Shown one piece after another: positions 29,197 to 39,909 of a DNA stretch of 64,000 nt (position 1 is the stretch's first letter; every line of letters begins with the position of its first letter). A program made the translations under genes and the position numbers. Origin of the DNA: Candidatus Oleimmundimicrobium sp. (lineage in GTDB: Bacteria; Actinomycetota; Aquicultoria; UBA3085; Oleimmundimicrobiaceae); NCBI RefSeq assembly GCF_030651595.1, contig NZ_JAUSCH010000084.1, positions 1,338 through 65,337 of the forward strand, in the 5' to 3' direction. A model generated the notes under the pieces. It did not search any database. It worked only from the letters and a program-made list of their open reading frames with translations, and was not told where the DNA came from.

Positions 29197-29664
29197 GTGG
29201 ATTTTTTGAAAACTGAGATTGTTGTATCTTCCGGTGGTGTAATTTTTAGAAAAATTAATAGTAGAGTAGAAATTGCAATTACCTCAAGAAGTGATAAAGA
29301 GGGAGATGTTTGGTGTTTGCCCAAGGGTTTGGTTGAAAAAGGCGAAAAGTTTACAGATACTGCTATTCGGGAAATTAAAGAAGAAACGGGCCTAATGGGT
29401 AAAGTTATCGCGAAGCTCGGCGAAATAGAGTATTGGTTTTATTGGGGGGCGCCTAAGACGAGGTATCATAAGTTTGTTCATTTTTATCTGATGGAATACG
29501 TTAACGGAGATATTTGTGAGCATGATTTTGAGGTTAAAGAAGTTAAATGGGCTTCAATAAAAGATGCAATTTCAATGTTGTCTTACAAGAGCGAAATTGA
29601 GATAATCAAAAAGGCCGAGATTATTTTAACTAAAAAAAGGAATGCTAAGAACATTTTTTCTTAG
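29197..29664 (+). CDS. NUDIX hydrolase
   Basis: Nudix box GLVEKGEKFTDTAIREIKEETG. Confidence 0.85.
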   Translation: MDFLKTEIVVSSGGVIFRKINSRVEIAITSRSDKEGDVWCLPKGLVEKGEKFTDTAIREIKEETGLMGKVIAKLGEIEYWFYWGAPKTRYHKFVHFYLMEYVNGDICEHDFEVKEVKWASIKDAISMLSYKSEIEIIKKAEIILTKKRNAKNIFS

Positions 29665-29691
29665 GGGTAGACCACACATTTTTTTAGTACA

Positions 29692-30297
29692 TCAAAAGAG
29701 AAATAGCGAGATTATGCAGCTTACAAAAACAACATAGATGGGTTCTACGTCGAAACAAGCCAAAGCTATAAGCGAACCGCCAAAAATGCTCCCCGTTTTA
29801 ATATCGACCAAGTTTATTTTGCTAAAATTCAGGGCAATTGCAGCCAGCATTCCTATTACCGACGCGACTACTCCTCCAAAGAAGGCCTGCAACGATTTCA
29901 AGTTTTTGACCCGCTTGTGTTGTTTGGCGAGGATGATTATTAAAAAAGCGGACGGCAAAAGCATTGAAATAGTTGCAAAAAATGCCCCCGGAATTCCCGC
30001 AACCAGAAATCCCACAAAAGTGGCCAAGATTATCACTGGCCCCGGAGTTACCTGTGCGAAAATGATAGCTGCCGCAAATTGTGCCGGGGTGAGCCAGTTG
30101 TATCCCTCAACCACTTCTTTTTGTATGAATGGTATGATGGTGTAGCCGTTTCCAAAGGCTATGGTCCCAATTTTTAGGAACGTAAAATTTAATTTAGCTA
30201 ACAAGGGTGCAGAGAATCCTAAAACGATGAGAACTAAACTGATAGCAGTCGCCATAATTTTTAACTTTTTTCTCAACTTTTGTTTGCCGGTGGGCAT
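29692..30297 (-). CDS. Chromate transporter ChrA family, short-chain half
   Basis: 201 aa membrane protein of the ChrA family (about 6 predicted TM helices). Overlaps and pairs with the adjacent 186-aa half. Confidence 0.7.
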   Translation of the reverse strand: MPTGKQKLRKKLKIMATAISLVLIVLGFSAPLLAKLNFTFLKIGTIAFGNGYTIIPFIQKEVVEGYNWLTPAQFAAAIIFAQVTPGPVIILATFVGFLVAGIPGAFFATISMLLPSAFLIIILAKQHKRVKNLKSLQAFFGGVVASVIGMLAAIALNFSKINLVDIKTGSIFGGSLIALACFDVEPIYVVFVSCIISLFLF

Positions 30298-30833
30298 GGC
30301 TTTTCCTCCAACACGTAAAATATCAAACCCAACATTCCCGCCAGGAATATAAGCAAAAACAAATTGGTTTTTAGAAAATAAAGGGCAAAGAAGGTGAACA
30401 AGGCGATAACTGCTTCCCTTTTTCTTTTTATTGTGGATTTTGATAAATTTACCAAGGCATCTATGATTAGGGCTACAACTACAGCGTTCAGCCCCCTTAA
30501 AATTGAGCTTATGAAGGAAACTTCTTGGAAGTGAAGGTATCCTATCGCGAGGAATATCATAAGGGTGAAAGCTGGCAAGATGAAAGCCGATATAGCAATA
30601 ATTGCCCCGGACAATCCCCCTAAATTGTATCCTATGTAGACAACCAAAGATGTACTCGTTGACCCGGGCACAATTTGTGCTAAAGCAAGACCCTCGTTAA
30701 ATTGATTTCTCGATATCATCTTTTTCTTTTTTACAAGTGTTTCTTCAATGTGCGCGATGGCAACCATTCCGCCAAAAGCACCGAGACCGATTTTGAAGAA
30801 TGATTTGAAAATATCCTTTAGCTTAATATCCAA
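30273..30833 (-). CDS. Chromate transporter ChrA family, short-chain half
   Basis: 186 aa membrane protein, ChrA-like (about 6 predicted TM helices). Confidence 0.7.
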   Translation of the reverse strand: MDIKLKDIFKSFFKIGLGAFGGMVAIAHIEETLVKKKKMISRNQFNEGLALAQIVPGSTSTSLVVYIGYNLGGLSGAIIAISAFILPAFTLMIFLAIGYLHFQEVSFISSILRGLNAVVVALIIDALVNLSKSTIKRKREAVIALFTFFALYFLKTNLFLLIFLAGMLGLIFYVLEEKPCPPANKS

Positions 30834-30901
30834 GATTTGCCTCCGAGCAAATAGATACGAAATATTGTATAATAATACAACTTATAATTCGAGGATAAAG
30901 C

Positions 30902-32227
30902 ATGATTGTTAAACACATAAAACACTTTGAAACAAATAAATTAAAACATCAGGTTGTGGCGATAAGTATATTTGTAGGCTTTGTTGTCATGTCTTTTTGT
31001 TGGGGGCTATCTTATTTCGAGGGAGTATTTGAGAAATGGAGCCCGATTATACTAGGGTCTTTTGTGGCATTTATGACATCGGTGATTTTAAAGGTTTGGG
31101 CGGTAAAAGGAGAATTTGAGCATTCCAAGGCCGTATATTCACATCAGATTTTTGAGATAGCAAGCGCTACTTTGCCATATCTTCGAACTGGCCTAAATGA
31201 AAAATCAGCTGGTGAAGTTGCAAGAATATTGATAAAAAATATCGACGCAATGGCGGTCGCTCTTACAAATTTAACAACAATATTGGCTTTCTCCGGGGCA
31301 GGAGAGGATCACCATCAGGCAGGTGGATTAATTTTAACAGAGGCAACTAAAGAGGTTTTGAAATACAACGAAGCGAGGGTGTTAAAGAGCAAAAAAGAAA
31401 TAGGCTGTCCTGTTTCCAATTGCCCGTTAAGCGCGGCCATAGCTGTCCCTTTGGAATTGAGAAATAAAGTAGCCGGTGCTTTAAAATTCTATTATTCTGA
31501 TAAAGAAGAATTAACTGAAAGTAGAATAACGTTTACCGAAGGTTTAGCTAAATTGTTGAGCACTCAACTGGAACTCTCAGAAATTGACAGACAAGAAGGG
31601 CTTGCTTGTAAAGCTGAACTCAAAGCATTGCAAGCTCAAATAAACCCTCATTTTCTTTTTAATACCTTAAATACTATTGCCAGCTTGTGTAGAACTGACT
31701 CAAAAAAGGCCAGAAAGCTCATAATCCAATTTGCTGATTTTTTTAGAAAATCGCTTGAACGAGATTCGGATTTAGTTACTTTGGAGGAGGAAATAGACTA
31801 TCTCAACACATACTTGCTCTTAGAAGAAGCTCGGTTTGGAAAGAATCTCCAAATATTAGAAGATGTAGATAAAGAAGTTTTAGGAATTAAAATACCATTT
31901 CTAATTATTCAACCTCTGGTTGAAAACGCAATTAAGCATGGAGGGACATTATGGGGACATATTAAAGTAAAAATAGCCGCAAAAATTTACAATTCAGAAG
32001 TAATAATTCAAGTGTGCGATAATGGAAAAGGTATTAGTGAGAAAAACCTGAGCAAAATTTTATCTCCGGGGTTTGGTAAAGGAACAGGGATAGGTTTAAG
32101 TAATGTAAATGAAAGGTTAAAAAGTCTTTATGGCGAAGAATATGCATTGGAAGTAACGAGTACAAAAAACAAAGAGACCAAGGTTGTAATACATATTCCT
32201 ATAACAGGAGAGAACGATGAAGATTAA
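30902..32227 (+). CDS. Sensor histidine kinase, LytS/YehU family (TM plus GAF-like plus His_kinase/HATPase)
   Basis: NPHFLFNTLN H-box. ATPase G-boxes near the C-terminus. N-terminal TM helices. Confidence 0.8.
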   Translation: MIVKHIKHFETNKLKHQVVAISIFVGFVVMSFCWGLSYFEGVFEKWSPIILGSFVAFMTSVILKVWAVKGEFEHSKAVYSHQIFEIASATLPYLRTGLNEKSAGEVARILIKNIDAMAVALTNLTTILAFSGAGEDHHQAGGLILTEATKEVLKYNEARVLKSKKEIGCPVSNCPLSAAIAVPLELRNKVAGALKFYYSDKEELTESRITFTEGLAKLLSTQLELSEIDRQEGLACKAELKALQAQINPHFLFNTLNTIASLCRTDSKKARKLIIQFADFFRKSLERDSDLVTLEEEIDYLNTYLLLEEARFGKNLQILEDVDKEVLGIKIPFLIIQPLVENAIKHGGTLWGHIKVKIAAKIYNSEVIIQVCDNGKGISEKNLSKILSPGFGKGTGIGLSNVNERLKSLYGEEYALEVTSTKNKETKVVIHIPITGENDED

Positions 32228-32960
32228 AGCATTAATAGTTGACGATGAAGCTCCAGCTCGCTCAGAACTTAGATATATGTTGCAGGAAACAAGCGATGTC
32301 GAAGTGGTTGGCGAAGCGGCAAATGCTGATGAGGCAATTAAACTTATAAAAGCCCTAAATTATGACGTAGTTTTTGTGGATATTCAGATGCAGGGATTAA
32401 CCGGTCTGCAATTGGCTGAAATTACTAAGGAGCTTTCATTACCACCGGCAGTTGTCTTTGTTACCGCTTATGGAGAATATGCGGTAAAAGCATTTGAGCT
32501 TAATGCTCTCGATTATTTGGTTAAACCATTTGAGGAAAAACGCCTTGTCCAAACTATAGAGAAAGTCTCTCGATATAAAGCAAGCCTCGAAGGACTCGAG
32601 CATAAAAAGAAAATCAAAAGCGGGAAGGCAGAATTAGATCTCTTGCCTGTGCAAGAGAATGATAAAACAATTTTGATTTCGATTGATAATATAGTTTATA
32701 TCCATGCCCAAAACGAGCGAATCTTTGTTCATGCGACAGGCGGTGTTTATTCTACTTCTTTTAATTTAAAAGAGTTGGAATCTCGTTTTTCAAACAGAGG
32801 ATTTTTTAGAACTCATCGAAGTTACCTTGTTAACATCTATAAAGCTAAAGAAATTATACCGATGTTTCATGGAAGTTTTATCTTGCGCCTTTCGGGAGAA
32901 ATTAAAGTTCCGGTTAGTCGAAGAAAAGCTTCGGAGTTAAAATCAATTTTAGGTATGTAA
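32217..32960 (+). CDS. LytTR-family response regulator
   Basis: Receiver domain (IVDDE, phospho-acceptor VDIQM) plus a LytTR DNA-binding domain. Confidence 0.85.
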   Translation: MKIKALIVDDEAPARSELRYMLQETSDVEVVGEAANADEAIKLIKALNYDVVFVDIQMQGLTGLQLAEITKELSLPPAVVFVTAYGEYAVKAFELNALDYLVKPFEEKRLVQTIEKVSRYKASLEGLEHKKKIKSGKAELDLLPVQENDKTILISIDNIVYIHAQNERIFVHATGGVYSTSFNLKELESRFSNRGFFRTHRSYLVNIYKAKEIIPMFHGSFILRLSGEIKVPVSRRKASELKSILGM

Positions 32961-33112
32961 GCTTAAAATCCATACCGGTAAATGCATTATTTTGGCCACT
33001 TACCTTCAAATTTGTATCGTTGAGGGCAAAGTGGTTGTTATTTTTAAGAGGTCAAACTAAAATAATCTAATCTATAGTTGCTTTTGTTTACTAATTAAAG
33101 GGGGACATTATT

Positions 33113-34807
33113 GTGAAGACCGATTTGGAAATTGCACAAGAAGCAAAGCTTAGGCCAATCGAGGAAATTGCTAGAAGCCTTGGTTTAACAGAAGACGAAA
33201 TTGAACTATATGGTAAATACAAAGCTAAAACAGATCTGGGTGTTTTAAGCAGATTAAAAGATAAGCCCAACGGCAAATATATTGATGTTACCGCTATTAC
33301 GCCAACTCCACTGGGAGAAGGCAAGACAGTAACAACAATCGGGCTCTCCCTTGGATTAAATGCAATCGGCAAGAAAGTAATGACATGTATAAGGCAACCC
33401 TCTCTGGGCCCTGTCTTTGGCATCAAAGGCGGAGCAGCCGGTGGTGGCTATTCTCAAGTTTTGCCTATGGAAGATTTCAATTTGCATTTCACGGGCGATG
33501 TTCATGCTGTAAGTCTTGCGACAAATTTGCTAGCAGCCTTTATCGATAATCATATTCTTAAAGGGAACAAGCTAAATATCGATCCGCACACCATTAGTTG
33601 GAACAGAGTCGTTGATATAAGCGACAGAGCTTTACGCAATATAGTTATTGGATTGGGCGGTAAAGTTAACGGTATTCCAAGAGAGGCCGGTTTCGATATA
33701 TCCGTTGCCTCAGAAGCTATGGCAATCCTTGCTCTGGCTAGTGATTTAAAAGATTTGCGCGAGCGTCTTGGTCGAATAGTTTTTGCTTTTACTTATGATG
33801 GAAAACCAGTGACGGCTGAGGAGTTAAAGTGTGCCGGTGCAATGGCTGTTCTAATGAAAGATGCAATAAAACCAACCCTTATTCAAACGACAGAAAATAC
33901 TCCATGTCTTGTGCATGCCGGGCCTTTTGCCAACATTGCGCATGGCAATAACTCAATAATTGCTGATAAAATTGCTTTAAAACTGGCAGATTACGTGGTC
34001 ACGGAAAGCGGTTTCGGGGCTGATTGCGGAGCCGAAAAATTTATGGATATTAAGTGTCGGGTAAGTGGCTTAAAGCCAGACTGCGTGGTCGTTGTTGCCA
34101 CAGTTCGGGCACTGAAGATGCACAGTGGTAAATTTGAAGTTGTTGCCGGAAGGCCGCTTGATCCGGCTCTAACCAGAGAAGATTTGGATTCTCTCTCCAA
34201 GGGTATTGAGAATTTAGAAGCGCACATCGAGAGTTTGAAGAATTTTGGGGTGCCAATAGTCGTTGCTGTCAACAAATTTGCAACTGATACCGAGAAAGAA
34301 ATAAATTTTATACGCGAGCGAGCAATAGCTGCCGGAGCCGAGGACGCTATTAAAAGTGAAGTTTGGGCTAAAGGTGGAGAAGGTGGAAAAGAGCTTGCGG
34401 AAGCGGTTGCAAAAGCTTGTGAAAAGCCATCGAATTTTAAATTTCTTTATCCTGACGATGTCTCAATTAAAGAGAAAATTGAAACTATTGCAACTAAAAT
34501 ATATGGTGCGGCCGGAGTCGACTTTTCACCTATCGCAGAAAAGAAAATCAAATTATATGCTGAATATGGATGGGACAAGTTCCCAATTTGTATGGCTAAA
34601 ACACACCTTTCGCTATCTCATGATCCCATGTTAAAAGGAAGACCGCGCAACTTCCGGTTGCCAATTAGAGATATTCGCCCATCAGTTGGTGCCGGTTTCT
34701 TGTATCCGTTGTGTGGTGATATGAGGACAATGCCGGGACTTCCCTCTGTCCCTGCGGGAACAAAAATTGATATTGACGAAAATGGCAAGATAGTTGGTTT
34801 ATTTTAA
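33113..34807 (+). CDS. fhs: Formate--tetrahydrofolate ligase
   Basis: DLEIAQEAKLRPIEEIA, PTPLGEGKTVTTIGL. GTG start. Confidence 0.95.
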   Translation: MKTDLEIAQEAKLRPIEEIARSLGLTEDEIELYGKYKAKTDLGVLSRLKDKPNGKYIDVTAITPTPLGEGKTVTTIGLSLGLNAIGKKVMTCIRQPSLGPVFGIKGGAAGGGYSQVLPMEDFNLHFTGDVHAVSLATNLLAAFIDNHILKGNKLNIDPHTISWNRVVDISDRALRNIVIGLGGKVNGIPREAGFDISVASEAMAILALASDLKDLRERLGRIVFAFTYDGKPVTAEELKCAGAMAVLMKDAIKPTLIQTTENTPCLVHAGPFANIAHGNNSIIADKIALKLADYVVTESGFGADCGAEKFMDIKCRVSGLKPDCVVVVATVRALKMHSGKFEVVAGRPLDPALTREDLDSLSKGIENLEAHIESLKNFGVPIVVAVNKFATDTEKEINFIRERAIAAGAEDAIKSEVWAKGGEGGKELAEAVAKACEKPSNFKFLYPDDVSIKEKIETIATKIYGAAGVDFSPIAEKKIKLYAEYGWDKFPICMAKTHLSLSHDPMLKGRPRNFRLPIRDIRPSVGAGFLYPLCGDMRTMPGLPSVPAGTKIDIDENGKIVGLF

Positions 34808-34825
34808 AAAGAAAAGAGTATTTAA

Positions 34826-36745
34826 ATGAAATATAAGGTGATCTTCTATCCGGATAATATCCAGATTAAGGTGGAAGAAGGAGAAAACCTTCTCCGCGCC
34901 GCTATGATTGCTGGAGTTTGTCTAAATGCTTCCTGTGGGGGAGACGGAACTTGTGGAAAATGTCGGGTGATTATCGAAAAAGGTATTGTTGAACAACAAT
35001 CAACCGGCAGATTAACAACAAAAGAAATTGAACAGGGTTATGTGCTGGCCTGTCTTTCTAAGGTTGGAAGTGATTTAGAGGTGAGAATTCCTTCCGAATC
35101 TCGCTTGGGGAAATTTATTGAAAGAAAAGCCCCCTCTGCTTCGCACATGCTGATTGCGCGGGGTTGGGAGGAGTATCTCTCAAGTTGGAAGATGTCCCCC
35201 CCGGTTCAAAAGTTTTATATTGAGATGTCCCCACCCAGCTTAGACGATAACACGGACGATTTGCGAAGAATAAAGCGCACTTTAAGCAAAACTCATGGTT
35301 TAAAAGAGGAAGTGGACATCGATCTTTCAATCTTAAAATATATGGTCCGGATTCTTAGGGAGGCAAATTGGCGAGTTACGGTAACTTTAGTTGAATTTGA
35401 TTCTCATACTAAGATTATCAAAATTGAAGCCGGGGATACTACCGGGAAGAACTATGCCGTAGCTGTAGATATCGGGACAACCACCATTGGCGCCCGTTTA
35501 ATAAATTTAAGTAAGCAAGTGGCTGGGGCTCAGGGTTCCAAATATAATGCTCAAGCTAGTTGTGGAGCAGATGTAATTTCAAGGATGATTTTTTCTTGTA
35601 AAAAAGACGGGCTTGTTAAATTGCAGTCGTTAGTTGTGGATACAATAAGCGAGCTTATAGCGGAATTAGTGAGTAAAGCAGGAATCGAATTTTCCGATAT
35701 TTCTTGTTTAATTCTAGCCGGCAATACAATTATGACTCACCTGTTTTTTGGGTTAAGTCCCAAATATATAAGAGAAGCTCCTTATATTCCTACTGCGACG
35801 AATTTTCCCTGGATTAAAGCGAAAGACTTTGGGATGAATATCTTTGAAGAAGTCTATGCTTATTGTTTCCCCTGTGTTGCCAGTTATGTTGGCGGGGACG
35901 TGGTGGCCGGCGTTATTGCTTCGGGGATGTCTCGTTCAAATAAGTTAACGTTATTTATAGATGTTGGGACTAACGGGGAGATTGTTTTAGGGAATGCCGA
36001 TTGGTTGCTTGCTTGTTCTTGTTCAGCTGGTCCTGCTTTTGAGGGAGGCGGCGTCAAACATGGCATGAGAGCGATCAAGGGGGCTATCGAGCAAATTCGC
36101 ATCGACAGAAATACTTATGAACCAATGATTTTAACTATTGGGCAAACAAAGCCCGTTGGTATTTGTGGGTCTGGTCTCATTGATGCTTTAGCTGAGATGT
36201 TTTTAAGCAAAATAGTGGACCAAAGAGGCAAAATAAATGTGAACATTGACTGTCCGAGAGTTAGAGAAGGGGAGCATCGCCCCGAGTATGTTTTAGTGTG
36301 GGCGAATGAAACCGCTAACGGTAAGGATATAGTAGTTACAGAAGTAGATATTGATAACTTAATAAGGGCAAAAGCGGCCATTTTCGCCGGGATAAGTGTT
36401 TTATTGGAGAGTGCCAACGTAAATGCATCAGATATTGAAGAGATTTTTATTGCCGGTGCTTTTGGCAACTATCTTGAAATTGAGCGGGTTCAAGTAATAG
36501 GTCTTTTGCCTGAATGTCCGTTTGAGAAGGTGAAGTTTGTAGGTAATGGTTCTCTTGCCGGGGCAAGCCTCGGTTCGCTGTCGAAAGAAATTTTATTGGA
36601 GGCAAAAGAGGTGGCTGAGAAGATGGCTTATGTGGAGTTAAGCGCTGATGCTAAGTTTATGGATAAATATATTTCAGCTTTATTTTTGCCTCACACGAAT
36701 ATAGAATTATTTCCGACAGTGATGAAAGAGTTAAAAAATAAGTAA
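34826..36745 (+). CDS. Corrinoid activation/regeneration protein (RACo-type: N-terminal 2Fe-2S ferredoxin plus ASKHA ATPase)
   Basis: CGGDGTCGKCRV plant-type ferredoxin motif. Large ASKHA/DUF4445 domain. Sits in the acs cluster. Confidence 0.8.
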   Translation: MKYKVIFYPDNIQIKVEEGENLLRAAMIAGVCLNASCGGDGTCGKCRVIIEKGIVEQQSTGRLTTKEIEQGYVLACLSKVGSDLEVRIPSESRLGKFIERKAPSASHMLIARGWEEYLSSWKMSPPVQKFYIEMSPPSLDDNTDDLRRIKRTLSKTHGLKEEVDIDLSILKYMVRILREANWRVTVTLVEFDSHTKIIKIEAGDTTGKNYAVAVDIGTTTIGARLINLSKQVAGAQGSKYNAQASCGADVISRMIFSCKKDGLVKLQSLVVDTISELIAELVSKAGIEFSDISCLILAGNTIMTHLFFGLSPKYIREAPYIPTATNFPWIKAKDFGMNIFEEVYAYCFPCVASYVGGDVVAGVIASGMSRSNKLTLFIDVGTNGEIVLGNADWLLACSCSAGPAFEGGGVKHGMRAIKGAIEQIRIDRNTYEPMILTIGQTKPVGICGSGLIDALAEMFLSKIVDQRGKINVNIDCPRVREGEHRPEYVLVWANETANGKDIVVTEVDIDNLIRAKAAIFAGISVLLESANVNASDIEEIFIAGAFGNYLEIERVQVIGLLPECPFEKVKFVGNGSLAGASLGSLSKEILLEAKEVAEKMAYVELSADAKFMDKYISALFLPHTNIELFPTVMKELKNK

Positions 36746-36748
36746 TAA

Positions 36749-37519
36749 GTGGTGAGCTTGATGGCTTTTACGATAGCAGTTGCGGGCAAAGGCGGCACAG
36801 GAAAGACGACGATAAGTGCTTTGATAATTAAATATTTACTTGAAAAGAAAATGACTCCGATTTTAGCGGTGGACGCTGATGCTAATTCCAATTTGAATGA
36901 AGTTTTGGGTGTTAAAGTGATAAATTCCATCGGTGAGGTAAGGGAAGAGATAACTAAAAATGTTAACTCAATTCCAACCGGGATGTCTAAAGATGCTTAT
37001 CTGGAACTAAAAATTCAAGAAATTTTAGTTGAGGCATCGGGATTTGATTTGTTGGCCATGGGCCGACCCGAAGGCCCTGGTTGCTACTGTTACGTAAATA
37101 ATATTTTACGGCGATACATGGATATACTGGCGAAAAATTATAGTTACGTAGTTATGGATAATGAAGCCGGAATGGAGCATTTAAGCAGACGAACAACCTA
37201 TGAAGTGGATCATCTTTTGTTGATTTCGGATACAAGCCCTCGAGCAATTCGGGCGGCGGCTAAAATTAGAGATTTAGTCAAAGAACTTGAGCTTAAAGTT
37301 GAAGAAACACATTTGATAATAAATCGTGTCCCTAAAGAGGGGCTGAGTCCCATTTTAAAGGAGGAGATAGATAAGTTGAACCTTAATCTTTTAGGAACTC
37401 TTCCATTAGATGAGCAGATTTTAGAGATGGATTTAAAGAAAAGGCCGATTTTGGAATTGCCCGGTGGTTCTTGTGCTTTTCGAGCAATTTCCGGGCTTAT
37501 TGAGAAGCTTAATTTTTAA
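36749..37519 (+). CDS. cooC: CooC/AcsF-type Ni-insertion ATPase
   Basis: P-loop AVAGKGGTGKTT. MinD/CooC family. Confidence 0.85.
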   Translation: MVSLMAFTIAVAGKGGTGKTTISALIIKYLLEKKMTPILAVDADANSNLNEVLGVKVINSIGEVREEITKNVNSIPTGMSKDAYLELKIQEILVEASGFDLLAMGRPEGPGCYCYVNNILRRYMDILAKNYSYVVMDNEAGMEHLSRRTTYEVDHLLLISDTSPRAIRAAAKIRDLVKELELKVEETHLIINRVPKEGLSPILKEEIDKLNLNLLGTLPLDEQILEMDLKKRPILELPGGSCAFRAISGLIEKLNF

Positions 37520-37539
37520 AACTGAAAGGGGAGCACTAA

Positions 37540-38388
37540 ATGTCAGCAAAAATTATTGATGGTAAGGCCATCGCCGCCTCAATACGACAAGATATGGTAG
37601 ACGAAGTAGCCCAATTGAAAAAGGAGGGTATTACGCCGGGGTTAGCTGTTGTCATTGTTGGAGATGATCCCGCTTCTAAGGTTTATGTTGGTCAAAAGGA
37701 AAAGGGTTGCGCCCAAGTTGGCATTTATTCAGAAAAATATGCTTTGCCGGCAGATACTTCTGAGGAAGAATTACTGGCTTTAGTTAGTAAATTAAACATA
37801 GATGACAAGATAAATGGAATATTAGTTCAGCTTCCATTACCCAAACAAATTGATGAAAAAAAGATTCTTTACGCCATTAGTCCGGTAAAAGATGTGGATG
37901 GTTTTCATCCGGAAAATATTGGGAAGCTGGTTATAGGAGAAGATGCTTTTCTTCCCTGTACTCCACACGGAATAATGGTCTTGCTTAAACACGCCGGAAT
38001 AGATTTGAGGGGAAAAGAAGCGGTGGTTGTTGGGAGGAGCAACATTGTTGGAAAGCCGATTTCACTTATGTTGTTATCGAAAAGCGCGACAGTTACTATC
38101 TGTCATTCAAAGACAAAAGATTTGAGTTTTCATACTAAGAGGGCAGATGTGCTTGTGGCCGCAGTGGGCAAACCGGAGATGATAAAGGGCGAAATGGTTA
38201 AAGATGGGGTTATCGTTATAGATGTTGGGGTAAATCGATTAGAGAGCGGAAAGCTTGTTGGTGATGTGGAGTTTGAAAGTGTGAGCAAAAAAGCTTTAGT
38301 CATTACTCCGGTTCCGGGTGGAGTTGGACCAATGACGATAACGATGCTTTTAAAGAACACAATTAAAGCAGCGAAAATGCAGGCATAA
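37540..38388 (+). CDS. folD: Bifunctional methylene-THF dehydrogenase/methenyl-THF cyclohydrolase
   Basis: 282 aa FolD family with CTPHG motif. Confidence 0.9.
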   Translation: MSAKIIDGKAIAASIRQDMVDEVAQLKKEGITPGLAVVIVGDDPASKVYVGQKEKGCAQVGIYSEKYALPADTSEEELLALVSKLNIDDKINGILVQLPLPKQIDEKKILYAISPVKDVDGFHPENIGKLVIGEDAFLPCTPHGIMVLLKHAGIDLRGKEAVVVGRSNIVGKPISLMLLSKSATVTICHSKTKDLSFHTKRADVLVAAVGKPEMIKGEMVKDGVIVIDVGVNRLESGKLVGDVEFESVSKKALVITPVPGGVGPMTITMLLKNTIKAAKMQA

Positions 38389-38441
38389 AGCTGTAGAAAA
38401 ATTTAAAAAATTTAATTTTGAATTTTGAAAGGAGATATAAG

Positions 38442-39380
38442 ATGGTATTTCAAGCACCGGTAGATACGTATCAAGGGAAGGTTCGTGAAGTTACTGTGGG
38501 CAAGGAAGGCAGTCAGGTAGTGGTTGGTGGAGAGACCACGCTCCCATTTTATTTTTTTGAGGGAGAGATGCCAAGACGGCCGGTTATAGCCATGGAGATT
38601 TATGACGCGGCTCCAAATAATTGGCCAAGTGCTGTCGTTGAGCCATTTAAAGATGTATTAAATGACCCCATTGCTTGGGCCAAAAAGTGTCAGGATGAGT
38701 ATGGGGCGGATATGATTTGTTTACGACTTGTTAGCACTGACCCAAATGGTGAAAATCGAGATCCTGCAAATGCCGCAGAAACCGTTAAAGCTATCTTGGG
38801 AGCGATTTCCATTCCTTTATGTGTTTATGGAAGTGGTAATGCTGAGAAAGACGGAGAGGTTTTAAAGAAAGTTGCTGAGGTTGCTGAGGGGAACAGAGTA
38901 ATACTTGGTCCTTCACAAGAAGATAACTACAAATCGATAACGGCTGCGGCTATTGGTTATAAGCATAATGTTTCAGGACTTTCTCCAATAGATGTGAATA
39001 TGGCCAAGCAATTAAATATATTGATGACCCAACTAGGTTTAGACGCGGGCAGATTAGTGATGGACCCAAGCGGCGCGGCTTTGGGCTACGGGCTGGAGTA
39101 TGTCTACTCGATTACTGAGAGATTGAGACTTGCAGCTTTACAACAAAATGATGGAATGACCCAAATGCCGACATTATGTGATTTTGGCAGAGAAGTTTGG
39201 AAGGCCAAGGAAGCAAAAACGGAAGATGAGCCAAGCTGGGGAGACCCGGAAAAGAGAGGGATTCTCTGGGAGTTTATGACAGCAGCCAGTATGTTGATTG
39301 CCGGAGGAGACATCTTGATTATGAGGCACCCCGAAGCGGTTAAATTAACAAAGAAATTCATTGATGAATTGATGAGCTAA
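38442..39380 (+). CDS. acsD: Corrinoid iron-sulfur protein small subunit (CODH/ACS delta)
   Basis: TIM-barrel AcsD/CdhD family. ATG at 38442 has an AGGAG RBS; the 38418 ATG would place that RBS inside the ORF. Confidence 0.8.
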   Translation: MVFQAPVDTYQGKVREVTVGKEGSQVVVGGETTLPFYFFEGEMPRRPVIAMEIYDAAPNNWPSAVVEPFKDVLNDPIAWAKKCQDEYGADMICLRLVSTDPNGENRDPANAAETVKAILGAISIPLCVYGSGNAEKDGEVLKKVAEVAEGNRVILGPSQEDNYKSITAAAIGYKHNVSGLSPIDVNMAKQLNILMTQLGLDAGRLVMDPSGAALGYGLEYVYSITERLRLAALQQNDGMTQMPTLCDFGREVWKAKEAKTEDEPSWGDPEKRGILWEFMTAASMLIAGGDILIMRHPEAVKLTKKFIDELMS

Positions 39381-39393
39381 CTGGAGGAATATA

Positions 39394-39909
39394 ATGTCTA
39401 ATTGCGTTTGCGGGGCCAAAAAAGAAGAGAAAAAAATTCAAGTAAACGTAAATGACGTTCGTAAATTATTGAAAAAATATGAAGAGAAAAAGGGAGTGCT
39501 TGTGCATGCCCTTCAAGACGTTCAAAAAGAATTTGGTTTTTTGCCTGAGGAAGCGCTCAAAGTCATTGCTGAAGTAATGGACTTATCTTTGGCTCACGTT
39601 TATGGAGTTGCCTCGTTTTACGCGCATTTTTATTTTACTCCGCGAGGCAAAAATATAATTAAAGTTTGCACGGGCACGGCCTGTCATGTTCGCGGTTCGA
39701 AGGTGATTCTTGAGGGATTAGAAGAAGAACTTGGCATAAAAGCTGGCGAGACGACCGATGACTTTGAGTTCACGCTTGAAACAGTAAGTTGTGTGGGCTG
39801 TTGCGCGCTTGCTCCCGTTGTGGTGGTAAATGAAGAAGTTTCAAGAGAGAAAAATTCGAAGAAGATAATCGCAATTCTTAAAAATAAAAAGGAAGAGAAT
39901 GATGAGTAA
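39394..39909 (+). CDS. NuoE/HndA-like thioredoxin-fold [2Fe-2S] subunit
   Basis: CTGTACH...C cluster motifs. 24-kDa family. Confidence 0.85.
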   Translation: MSNCVCGAKKEEKKIQVNVNDVRKLLKKYEEKKGVLVHALQDVQKEFGFLPEEALKVIAEVMDLSLAHVYGVASFYAHFYFTPRGKNIIKVCTGTACHVRGSKVILEGLEEELGIKAGETTDDFEFTLETVSCVGCCALAPVVVVNEEVSREKNSKKIIAILKNKKEENDE

